From Akkermansia muciniphila (GTDB lineage: Bacteria; Verrucomicrobiota; Verrucomicrobiia; Verrucomicrobiales; Verrucomicrobiaceae), in assembly GCA_945863205.1 (NCBI GenBank), contig CAMAZK010000001.1, positions 2,683-66,682 on the forward strand: a DNA stretch of 64,000 bases. The letters run 5' to 3'. Below the pieces are notes generated by a model. That model worked only from the letters and a program-made list of their open reading frames with translations, had not been told where the DNA came from and made no database searches. Positions 9,907 through 18,602 of the stretch are shown one piece after another; position 1 is the first letter of the stretch, and each line of letters opens with the position of its first letter. The position numbers were made by a program, and so were the translations under genes.

Positions 9907-12796
9907 GCGTGATGGCTTCGTCGAGATTGAGCACCAAACTCGCCACCAGCGTGTGCGCGGCGAGTTCGGGCGTGGTTTGGAGCTTTTTCGCGTCTTCGGG
10001 ATGCGTTCGGTAATGGGCCAAGGCGCGGTCGAGTTCGCGTTGGAGGACGGATTGTTCCTTTTCGGTCGGGCTTCGGGTCAAAACTGCCTGGTAGAGCAGT
10101 TGGAGCCTTTCTTCGGCTTTGGCGGCCAGCATGCGCTTCGCGAGAGCTCGCGATGCTTCCATCATCGTTTCGTCATTGAGCAAAGTGAGCGCCTGCAACG
10201 GCGTGTTCGTGCGCGTCATCGCCACTTCGCAAACGCGGCGCTGCGCGCTGTCGAAGAGGAAGGTGGGCGCGATGCTGCGACGCCAGAACGCATACAGCGT
10301 GCGCCGATGCTGCGCGACACCCTGGCTGGGCTCATAGGTGAAGCGGCCCATGAAGATCTCCTCCCAGACGCCTTCCGGTTGATGCGGACGCACGGGCGGT
10401 CCGCCGAGCGCGGGATTGAGCAAGCCGGAGGATGCGAGCGCCGCATCACGGATCATCCACGCAGGCAGGCGGAAACGCGGACCTCTCGACAAAAGAAGAT
10501 TGGTCGGATCAGACGGATCAGTCAGATCGGATGACTGCCGATAGGTCTCACTCGTGACGATGGTCTTGATGAGGTGCTTCACGTCCCAGCCGCTTTCCAT
10601 GAAGTCCACCGCCAGCCAGTCGAGCAGCTCGGGATGCGTCGGGCGCTGGCCTTGCAGGCCGAAATCGTCGGGCGTGCGAACGAGGCCCGCACCGAAGAAC
10701 ATCTGCCAAACGTGATTCACGAACACGCGGGCTGTGAGCGGGTTGTCCTTGGATGTGATCCATTTCGCGAGGCCGAGACGATCCCGCGCGACGCCCTGCG
10801 GCCATGGCGCGATGGCGGCGGGCACGTCGCGCTGCACCACATCGCCTTTTTTATCCCACACACCGCGAACGAGCAGATGCGTGTCGCGCGGTTGCTTGCG
10901 TTCGGCCAGCACCATGACGTTGAGTTTGCCTGCGGCGGCGGTGAACTCCTTCAAATCGGCGCTGGCACGGTCCAGCGAGGCCTTTGCGACCTGATACGGC
11001 GCATGATCCTCCAAAAACTGCGCGAAGAGCCGGTCGCGCTCGATCTTGCCTGTCGCGAGCTGTTCGAGCGGTGCGGGGCCGAGTTCGCGCACGGCGGGGC
11101 CGCGTTGATCCGTGGCGAAAAGGCGAAAGCTGGCGATGTTGGCATCGCCGTCGGTGGAGCGGTGCAGCAGCTCGAAGATGAGTTCTTCATCGCTCTCAAG
11201 CACGAGCGGTTCGGCGAGTTCGTAGAGTGCGGTGTGCGGCTGATCCTTGGGATAACCCTTCGTCGTCCAGCCGTTGCGCGGGTCATCATCGAGCGTGCCT
11301 TTGATATCGCCATACTGGCGGACTTTGCCCTCGACTTTTGTGTCGGAAACGGCGTTGCGAACCGCGATGTCGCGGATCTGCGTGCTGCCTTTGCGGCGCA
11401 CCTGCACCTTGATGTCGGTGAGAATGAACTCGCCGCTTTTCCCACGTGAGAGAACGCCGTTCTGCGGCAGCACTTCGAGCTTCAGTCCGGCGATGCGCGG
11501 CAGTTTGACCGGCGCGATGAGGCGGTAGTCGTCCTGCTTCGGATTCGGCCCGCTGGCGATGACGATGCCGTCTTTGTCCTGGGCGAGCTTGGTGCCCTCC
11601 TGCGACTCGACGCTGCCGTTCACAACGTGCCACGCCTGAAATCCGCCTTTAACCTTGGTTTGTTGATCTGCGAGCCACTTCGCGAAAGGCTTCTCGGCAT
11701 CGATCTTCGCTTTGGCCTCCACCGGCTTGCGCTGATCGACGAGCTTCTGCGCTTCGGCGACGGCGCGTTTGGCGTGCGGTGACTGGTAGCTGAAATACGG
11801 GGTCGCCTTTGTGCCAGCGGCGCCGTCTTCGTCGATGCTGTTGAAGAAAGCGTTGAGGCTGTAGTAGTCGTGCTGTGAGACGGGATCAAACTTGTGCGAG
11901 TGGCACTGCGTGCAGCCGAGCGTGAGGCCCATCCAGACCGTGCCCATCGTGTTCACGCGGTCGATGACGTAGTCGATGCGCGACTCCTCCTTTTCGCGCC
12001 CGCCTTCGCCATTGGTCATGTGGTTGCGGTGGAAGCAGGTGGCGATTTTTTGCTCCGGCGTGGCATTTGGAAGCAGATCGCCCGCGAACTGCTCGAGCGT
12101 GAACTGGTCGAAGGGTTTGTTCGCGTTGAAGGACTCCACGACGTAGTCACGCCAGGGCCAGTTCGTTCGCGTAGCGTCGGACTGGAAGCCGTCCGTGTCG
12201 GAGTAGCGCGCGGCATCCAGCCACCACATGGCCATGCGCTCGCCGTAGTGCGGGGATTTCAGGAGCTTGTCGATGAGATCGGTCAGATCCGACCGATCCG
12301 AAGGATCAGGCGGCAGCCCGGTGAGATCAAAGGACAGCCTGCGCCGCAGCGTGTGCTCGGCGGCCTTCGGAGAAGGCGTGAGGCCTTCCTTCGTGAGGCG
12401 CTCCTTCACGAAAAAGTCCACGGGATGGCCCTTCACGGGAAGTTTCACGGGTTTCTCGAAGGACCAGTGCCTGCCCCATTTCGCGCCTTCGGCGATCCAG
12501 CGCTTCAGCGTGGCGATCTGCTCCGCGCCGAGCTTCGGCTTGTGCGACTTCGGCGGGGGCATGATCTCGTCGGGATCGTCCGTGGTGATGCGAGCGATGA
12601 AATCTCCCGATTTGAGCACTTCCCGGGCGCCATCCTCGGTGTCGAGCCGCAGGTCGGCTTTGCGGTGGGCTTCGTCCTGGCCGTGGCAACTCAGGCAGTT
12701 GTCGGAAAGCACGGGCAACACCTCGAGACTGAAATTCACCGGCTCCGCGTGGGCGGAAAGGGAGAGCAGTGTAAGAAGCAGCGGTGATTTCAACAT
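9899..12796 (-). CDS. planctomycete cytochrome c / DUF1549 / DUF1553 protein
   Basis: CLSCH, HWSF, YGERMAMWWLDAARY, CTQCHSHKFDP, PTHPELLDWLA, TNTPLQAL, NLDE. Confidence 0.9.
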   Translation of the reverse strand: MLKSPLLLTLLSLSAHAEPVNFSLEVLPVLSDNCLSCHGQDEAHRKADLRLDTEDGAREVLKSGDFIARITTDDPDEIMPPPKSHKPKLGAEQIATLKRWIAEGAKWGRHWSFEKPVKLPVKGHPVDFFVKERLTKEGLTPSPKAAEHTLRRRLSFDLTGLPPDPSDRSDLTDLIDKLLKSPHYGERMAMWWLDAARYSDTDGFQSDATRTNWPWRDYVVESFNANKPFDQFTLEQFAGDLLPNATPEQKIATCFHRNHMTNGEGGREKEESRIDYVIDRVNTMGTVWMGLTLGCTQCHSHKFDPVSQHDYYSLNAFFNSIDEDGAAGTKATPYFSYQSPHAKRAVAEAQKLVDQRKPVEAKAKIDAEKPFAKWLADQQTKVKGGFQAWHVVNGSVESQEGTKLAQDKDGIVIASGPNPKQDDYRLIAPVKLPRIAGLKLEVLPQNGVLSRGKSGEFILTDIKVQVRRKGSTQIRDIAVRNAVSDTKVEGKVRQYGDIKGTLDDDPRNGWTTKGYPKDQPHTALYELAEPLVLESDEELIFELLHRSTDGDANIASFRLFATDQRGPAVRELGPAPLEQLATGKIERDRLFAQFLEDHAPYQVAKASLDRASADLKEFTAAAGKLNVMVLAERKQPRDTHLLVRGVWDKKGDVVQRDVPAAIAPWPQGVARDRLGLAKWITSKDNPLTARVFVNHVWQMFFGAGLVRTPDDFGLQGQRPTHPELLDWLAVDFMESGWDVKHLIKTIVTSETYRQSSDLTDPSDPTNLLLSRGPRFRLPAWMIRDAALASSGLLNPALGGPPVRPHQPEGVWEEIFMGRFTYEPSQGVAQHRRTLYAFWRRSIAPTFLFDSAQRRVCEVAMTRTNTPLQALTLLNDETMMEASRALAKRMLAAKAEERLQLLYQAVLTRSPTEKEQSVLQRELDRALAHYRTHPEDAKKLQTTPELAAHTLVASLVLNLDEAITHE
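10507..10533. repeat. 9-bp phased GATC repeat within CDS (SDLTDPSDP)
   Basis: GATC at 10507, 10516, 10525. Confidence 0.55.
12277..12310. repeat. 9-bp phased GATC repeat within CDS (DPSDRSDLTD)
   Basis: GATC at 12277, 12286, 12295, 12304. Confidence 0.6.
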
Positions 12797-12899
12797 TCAG
12801 ACACCAACGGTCCGGGAACATGCAAGGTGCATGCATCGGCTATGGACAATCCTGAGATTTTGTCCGCCGCAGCTTCATGCGGGGGCGTAATCCACGGCC

Positions 12900-14438
12900 A
12901 TGCCCCGCGATTCCCGCCTCATTCTCGTCCTCGGTGACCAGCTCGACCTGAATTCGGAGGCGTTCGATGATTTTGACCCGAAGGCCGACACGATCTGGAT
13001 GGCGGAGGTCGCGGAGGAATCGACGAAGGTGTGGAACTCGAAACCGCGCATCGCGATGTTCCTCACGGCGATGCGGCATTTCCGCGAAACGCTGAGCGGA
13101 CGAGGATGGAAGGTGATTTACCACGAGATGGATGCTCACCTGACCTTCGCGGCAGCGCTTCAGGCGACGGTGAAGCAATTGAAGCCGCAACAGCTGGTCA
13201 TGGTGCATGCCGGTGAATGGAGCGTGCAGCAAGAGGTCGAGAAGACGGCGGCGAAGCTGAAGTTGCCGCTCGAAGTGTGTGAGGATCGTCACTTTCTCTG
13301 CACGACGGCGGATTTCGCGAAGCATGCGGAAGGGCGCAAGCAACTGCGGATGGAGTTTTTCTACCGGGAGATGCGGCAGAAGACCGGCGTGCTGATGGAG
13401 GAGGGAAAACCGGTGGGCGGGCAGTGGAACTTCGATCACGACAATCGCGGTTCATTTGGCAAAGCAGGCCCAGGCTTGCGCGTGCCGCCGCGCCGGTTCG
13501 AGCCGGATGCAATCACGCAGGAGGTGATCGCGATGGTGAATGAACGTTTCGCGAAACATCCGGGCACGCTGGATGACTTTGACTGGCCGGTGACGGCAGA
13601 TGAGGCGCGGCTGGCGCTGGACGACTTCATCGCGCACCGACTGGCGGAGTTTGGGCAGTATCAGGATGCGATGTGGACGAACGAGCCGTGGCTTTATCAC
13701 TCGCGGCTGAGCGCAGCGATGAACCTGAAGCTGCTCGATCCGCGCGAGGTCATCGCAGCAGCCGAAAAGGCGTGTAGGGATGGCAAAGCACCGCTGGCGG
13801 CGGTGGAGGGCTTCATCCGGCAGATCCTCGGCTGGCGCGAGTATGTGCGCGGCATCTACTGGCGGCACATGCCGGACTACGTGGAGCGCAATGCGATGAA
13901 TGCCGACCAGCCGCTGCCGGAGTTTTATTGGACCGGCGAGACGGACATGGCCTGCATGCGCGATGCGATCACGCAGACGCTGCGCTACGGCTACGCGCAT
14001 CACATTCAGCGGCTGATGGTCACGGGGCTGTTCGCGCTTCTCTACGGAGTGAATCCGAAACGCGTGCACGAGTGGTATCTGGCCGTCTATGTCGATGCGG
14101 TGGAGTGGGTGGAGCTGCCAAACACGCTGGGGATGTCTCAATACGGCGACGGCGGCGTGATGGCGAGCAAGCCCTACGTCGCCAGCGGCAAGTACATCCA
14201 GCGCATGAGCAACTACTGCTCCGGCTGCCGCTTTGACCCGGCGCAGAGCACGGGACCGAAGGCCTGCCCGTTCACCACGCTCTACTGGGACTACCTGCTG
14301 CAGCACGAGCCCAAGCTGAAGACAAATCAGCGCATGAGCATGCAGGTGCGCAATCTGGCGCGGCTGGATGAAAAGCAGCGCACGGCCATTCAAAAGCATG
14401 CAAAGGACCTCCGGACGACGTATTCGCAGGCAACATGA
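12900..14438 (+). CDS. FeS-cluster bacterial cryptochrome/photolyase (PhrB/CryB-type, (6-4) photolyase family)
   Basis: LVLGDQL, RMEFFYR, GGQWNFDHDNR, HHIQRLMV, DAVEWVELPN; four Cys in MAC, YCSGC and ACPF. Confidence 0.9.
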   Translation: MPRDSRLILVLGDQLDLNSEAFDDFDPKADTIWMAEVAEESTKVWNSKPRIAMFLTAMRHFRETLSGRGWKVIYHEMDAHLTFAAALQATVKQLKPQQLVMVHAGEWSVQQEVEKTAAKLKLPLEVCEDRHFLCTTADFAKHAEGRKQLRMEFFYREMRQKTGVLMEEGKPVGGQWNFDHDNRGSFGKAGPGLRVPPRRFEPDAITQEVIAMVNERFAKHPGTLDDFDWPVTADEARLALDDFIAHRLAEFGQYQDAMWTNEPWLYHSRLSAAMNLKLLDPREVIAAAEKACRDGKAPLAAVEGFIRQILGWREYVRGIYWRHMPDYVERNAMNADQPLPEFYWTGETDMACMRDAITQTLRYGYAHHIQRLMVTGLFALLYGVNPKRVHEWYLAVYVDAVEWVELPNTLGMSQYGDGGVMASKPYVASGKYIQRMSNYCSGCRFDPAQSTGPKACPFTTLYWDYLLQHEPKLKTNQRMSMQVRNLARLDEKQRTAIQKHAKDLRTTYSQAT

Positions 14439-14914
14439 GCGACTCTCCCTCCAAATTGCGCAACGGACTCGCGCTCGCCGGCTTCATCCTTGTCACCTTT
14501 TGCGCACCCGCGTTGAGCATCGGCGTAGGCATGCCAGGTGCGTGGTATGCGGCGCTGAACAAGCCCGCGTGGAATCCGCCCTCGTGGCTTTTCGGGCCGG
14601 CGTGGACGCTGCTTTACACGCTGATGGCCGTGGCAGCGTGGCTGGTGTGGAAGCGGGTGGGATTTTCGAAGCCGGTGGCGCTCTACTTCGTGCAACTGGC
14701 GCTGAATGCCGCATGGACGCCGCTGTTCTTCGGCGCGCATGCGATGGGCTGGGCGCTTGTGGAGATCGTGGCGCTGTGGATCGCGATTTTGATGACGTTG
14801 CTGAGCTTTCGCCGGGTCAACCCGACGGCTGGATGGCTATTCGTGCCATATCTGGCCTGGGTCACCTTTGCGACCTGTCTGAATTTCACGCTTTGGCGGC
14901 TGAATCCTTCCTAA
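14435..14914 (+). CDS. tspO: TspO/MBR tryptophan-rich sensory protein
   Basis: WYAALNKPAWNPPSWLFGPAWTLLY, LNAAWTPLFF, PYLAW; ATGA overlap with the photolyase stop. Confidence 0.92.
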   Translation: MSDSPSKLRNGLALAGFILVTFCAPALSIGVGMPGAWYAALNKPAWNPPSWLFGPAWTLLYTLMAVAAWLVWKRVGFSKPVALYFVQLALNAAWTPLFFGAHAMGWALVEIVALWIAILMTLLSFRRVNPTAGWLFVPYLAWVTFATCLNFTLWRLNPS

Positions 14915-14921
14915 GATCGGT

Positions 14922-15647
14922 TCACTTCCAGATTCCCATCTTCACCATCTGTTTCGTCGCCGCGCCGGCCCAGTCACGATTGGCGGCAGGGCTGGCGGGG
15001 CTGGGGTGGAGGATGCGACCGGTTTTGAAGGTGCCGCCGGTGGCTTCCTTCACCCGGATCACGCAGGCTTCCGCGAAGGCGCCGACGCCGATGACCCACT
15101 CGGGCTGGAGGGCGCTGATGACGCTGCCGAGGTGCGTGTCGCAGTGCTCGTTGAGCTTCACGGTCTCTGCGGCGGGGAGCTTGTCCGGCGTGAAGTTTCG
15201 CCCGCCTGCCTCGATGAAAACGAGCGGGCAGTAGTTGGCGACGAAGTGGTCTTTGAAAAAGGCCTCCGGTGTGCCAAAGCGCTGCGCAAAGTGCCCCCAC
15301 AGCCGCCGGCCGCTGACCTCGGACTGCGGGCAGTCGAAGCCGAGCACGCGCCGTTTTGGCTGCTCGCGCTCCGGTTTGCCGACGGGTTCGCAGATGCCCA
15401 TCCAGTCCCGCACGGCGGCGATCTCTCCGAAGGGCACGCCGGTCTGCGTCATGCCAAAGGGACCGGGATTCATGCCGACGAAGACGACGCGCTTCTTGCC
15501 CTGGCCAAAACGGGTCAGGTAGGTCTCATGCGGTGCCCAGGCGTAGTCGAGCGGCTGATACACAAACTCCACCGGCGGGGCGAAGCGCAGCGGGCGCAGG
15601 TTTTCACGCAGAGTCTTGGCGGCGGAGATCAGGGCAGGGGCGGACAT
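14922..15647 (-). CDS. SMUG1-like (family 3) uracil-DNA glycosylase
   Basis: GMNPGPFGM, TGVPFG, SEVSGRRLW, NYCPL, HPSPASP. Start 15647 or 15656. Confidence 0.9.
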   Translation of the reverse strand: MSAPALISAAKTLRENLRPLRFAPPVEFVYQPLDYAWAPHETYLTRFGQGKKRVVFVGMNPGPFGMTQTGVPFGEIAAVRDWMGICEPVGKPEREQPKRRVLGFDCPQSEVSGRRLWGHFAQRFGTPEAFFKDHFVANYCPLVFIEAGGRNFTPDKLPAAETVKLNEHCDTHLGSVISALQPEWVIGVGAFAEACVIRVKEATGGTFKTGRILHPSPASPAANRDWAGAATKQMVKMGIWK

Positions 15648-15740
15648 CTGGCGCATGAGATGCGTGGAGTCAGGCCGAGTCAAGATGAGCGCAAAAAAGG
15701 CTCGTATCCAAATCGCTGTCCGCTAGAGTCCGCGCCCGTG

Positions 15741-16709
15741 ATGCAAAACAACGCGCTCTTCGGTCTTCTCGCCGCCTGCTGCCTGCTGACTTCCGCCAGG
15801 GCGGGGGAGTCGATGAAGATCATCCTCAAAAACGGCGCGGAACTGCGCGGCGAGGTGCTGAAAGAGCGCGAGGACGCCGTCATCCTCGATTTGGGTCACA
15901 CCGTGCTCACCGTGCCGCGCTCGGACATTTCCATCTTCGAGAAAGTGGCCGCGGCAGCGAAGACCGCCGCGGTTCAGGGCGAGGACATCTATTTCGTGGA
16001 ACCGGGCCGTGAGGCCATGACGGTCGAAAAGAACGTCCAGCGCGTGGCGGAGTCCGTGGTGCAGATCCAGACCGGTTCCGGCCTCGGCTCCGGCTTCATC
16101 ATCAACAAGCTCGGCTACGTCGTCGCCAACCAGCACGTCATCGCCGGGGAGCGCGAGATCACGGTCGTGGTCTATCGGAAAAAACCCGGCGGCCTGGAGA
16201 AGCAGCCGTTTTCGAAGGTCAAGATCATCGCCATGAACGGCTTCCTCGACCTGGCCATCCTGCAGATCGACGATCCCGCCGCCGCATCGCTGCCCTTTGT
16301 GCCGATGGGGGAGTCGGGCTCGCTCACGCAGGGGCAGGAGGTCTTCGCCATCGGCAGCCCGCTGGGGCTGGAGCGCTCGGTTTCGAAGGGCATCGTCAGC
16401 ATCCGGGCGCGTGAAAGCGGTGGCCGCTGGTACATCCAGAGCACGACTCAGATCAATCCGGGCAACTCCGGCGGGCCGCTTTTCAACTCCCACGGCGAGG
16501 TCGTGGGCGTGAACAACATGAAAGCCTCCGGCGTCGGCGTCGAGGGTCTCGGCTTCTCCATCCCCTCGGACGTGCTGCGGCTCTTTTTGAAGAATCGCGA
16601 GGCCTTTGCCTTCGATCCGCGCAATCCGAACGCCGGCTTCCGCTACCTGCCGCCACCCGCGCCACCTGCGAAAGAATCCAAGCCGGAGTCTGCAGCCACC
16701 AGCGGCTGA
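15741..16709 (+). CDS. secreted trypsin-like (S1C) serine protease without PDZ domain
   Basis: Signal peptide, GSGF, NQHVI (His), DLAIL (Asp), GNSGGP (Ser). Confidence 0.88.
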   Translation: MQNNALFGLLAACCLLTSARAGESMKIILKNGAELRGEVLKEREDAVILDLGHTVLTVPRSDISIFEKVAAAAKTAAVQGEDIYFVEPGREAMTVEKNVQRVAESVVQIQTGSGLGSGFIINKLGYVVANQHVIAGEREITVVVYRKKPGGLEKQPFSKVKIIAMNGFLDLAILQIDDPAAASLPFVPMGESGSLTQGQEVFAIGSPLGLERSVSKGIVSIRARESGGRWYIQSTTQINPGNSGGPLFNSHGEVVGVNNMKASGVGVEGLGFSIPSDVLRLFLKNREAFAFDPRNPNAGFRYLPPPAPPAKESKPESAATSG

Positions 16710-16747
16710 TTCCGCAGCATCCGCCACGCCCCTGCCCGCACACCTTC

Positions 16748-18580
16748 ATGATCATGAAAACCCCACGCGCCCTCGTCCTTCTCACCCTCGCCCTTTCCAG
16801 CGTGCTGCCGGCCTCTGCCGCCGAGCGTCTGGAGCAGTGGTTCTCCCTGATGCCGAAAGGCACCGCCGCCGTCATCTCGGTCAAAAACACGCCGGAACTC
16901 CTGGCCGACTGGGATGCGAGTGCCTTCGCCGCTTTCATGCAGGACGAGGCCGTGCAGCGCTGGACAGCGCCCATGCGCCAGGAGGGAGACGCCCCGTGGG
17001 ACAAGTTTTTCAAAGAGCACTACGGCAGCGGCATGCACGACGTGCTGAAGGACTACCCCGGCGCCCTGGTCACCTTTCTCGTGTTGAACGATTTCGAGGA
17101 CCTGAAGGAGAACCCGGGCAGCGTCTCCTTGTGCGAAGTCGCGGGCAAGCAGACGGAGATCGAGGCGCAAAAAATGGCCGAGGTCGAGGCGGAGCAGAAA
17201 AAGAATCCCGACCTGAAGATCGAGTCCGCCGAGATCGGCGGGGTCAGCGCAAAGATCGCCACCGACACCCCGGAAGCCGACGCCTGCTTCACCGCCTGGG
17301 CCACGCTCGACGACGTCATGATCGAGGCCACCTCCCGCAGCCTGCTGGAGCAGATGATCACCGCCGTGAAGAGCGGCTCCGGGGAGGCTCCAGCCGATGC
17401 CAGGGACCACCTCGCCCGCATCGGTCAGATGACGAACGGCGGCGGAGACATGATGCTCTACATCAACGGTGTGAAGATCACCGAACTCGGCCAGAAGGCC
17501 ATCGCTGCGGCGGAAAAGGCCAAGAAGGGCGGCGAGGTGGACGCCATGGCCGCCATGGGCATCACGCCCCAGGTCATCATGAACATTCTCGGCGTGCAGG
17601 AACTGCAGGCCTTCGCCTTCACGATGGAAATGGAACCCGGCAGGATGCGCACGGACTTCTCCGTGCTTCATTCGGAAAAGCCAGCCGGCATCATGTCCAT
17701 CATGCGCACCACCGCAGACGAGGTGAGCCTGCCGTCCTTCATTCCTGACGACGTGCTCCAGGGCGGCGTCACGCGCTACGACTTCGGCAAATTTTACGAC
17801 AGCCTGCTGGGGATGATCACGAAACTCGGACCCATGGCGATGATGGTGACCATGCAGGTGCCGCAGTTCGAGCAGCAGCTCGGTTTCAACATCCGCAACG
17901 ACTTTCTCGGCAGTCTGGAGGACGAGGTCTCCTCCGTGCAGGACGGGCAGTTGGAGGAGCAGAGCCAGGTGATTGCCTTGAAGATCAAAAACGCCGAAAA
18001 ACTCGGCGGCGCTCTGAACAGCCTGAAGCAGTTCGTCGGCGCCGGTTTCGGCGCGTTCGAGGAGTCGGACTTCCTCGGCTATTCCGTCAACACCCTGAAG
18101 CTCTCCCAAACGGCAAACGCCGCCTCCGAGATGGCCTACTGCAACACCGGGAAGCACCTCCTCATCTCCATCGGCAAACAGACCACGCTCAAAAAGGTGC
18201 TCGCCCGCATGAAGGATCCCTCCGGCCCCAGCATCTGGGACAATCCGCAGGTCGAGAAACTGCTGGCCGCCGTGCCTCCGAACTACGGCAGCGCCGCCGT
18301 GGCCGATGTCGGCAGCATGATCAGCATGCTGGCCACCGCCGCCGCCACGCTGGAGGCCCAGCAGAAGAGCGCCGAAAAAAAGGGGCCTGCCAAAAAGAAG
18401 GGCCCGGGTAAAAAAGCGCCCACTGAGGCCGAAGACGAATCCTCCGGCCAGATGCTCGATTCCACCGCCATCCCGTCGGAGGAGGTCTTTCAGCGCTACT
18501 TTGGCCGCATGCTCGGCACCCAGTACTCGCACCCCGACTCCTTGCAGGTGCATTACCTGATCATGCAGCCTGCGGAGTGA
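16748..18580 (+). CDS. secreted hypothetical protein (DUF3352-like)
   Basis: Signal peptide, 610 aa, same strand as both neighbours. Family assignment is tentative. Confidence 0.6.
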   Translation: MIMKTPRALVLLTLALSSVLPASAAERLEQWFSLMPKGTAAVISVKNTPELLADWDASAFAAFMQDEAVQRWTAPMRQEGDAPWDKFFKEHYGSGMHDVLKDYPGALVTFLVLNDFEDLKENPGSVSLCEVAGKQTEIEAQKMAEVEAEQKKNPDLKIESAEIGGVSAKIATDTPEADACFTAWATLDDVMIEATSRSLLEQMITAVKSGSGEAPADARDHLARIGQMTNGGGDMMLYINGVKITELGQKAIAAAEKAKKGGEVDAMAAMGITPQVIMNILGVQELQAFAFTMEMEPGRMRTDFSVLHSEKPAGIMSIMRTTADEVSLPSFIPDDVLQGGVTRYDFGKFYDSLLGMITKLGPMAMMVTMQVPQFEQQLGFNIRNDFLGSLEDEVSSVQDGQLEEQSQVIALKIKNAEKLGGALNSLKQFVGAGFGAFEESDFLGYSVNTLKLSQTANAASEMAYCNTGKHLLISIGKQTTLKKVLARMKDPSGPSIWDNPQVEKLLAAVPPNYGSAAVADVGSMISMLATAAATLEAQQKSAEKKGPAKKKGPGKKAPTEAEDESSGQMLDSTAIPSEEVFQRYFGRMLGTQYSHPDSLQVHYLIMQPAE

Positions 18581-18602
18581 CGCCATCCAGCATTCAGTCC
18601 CC

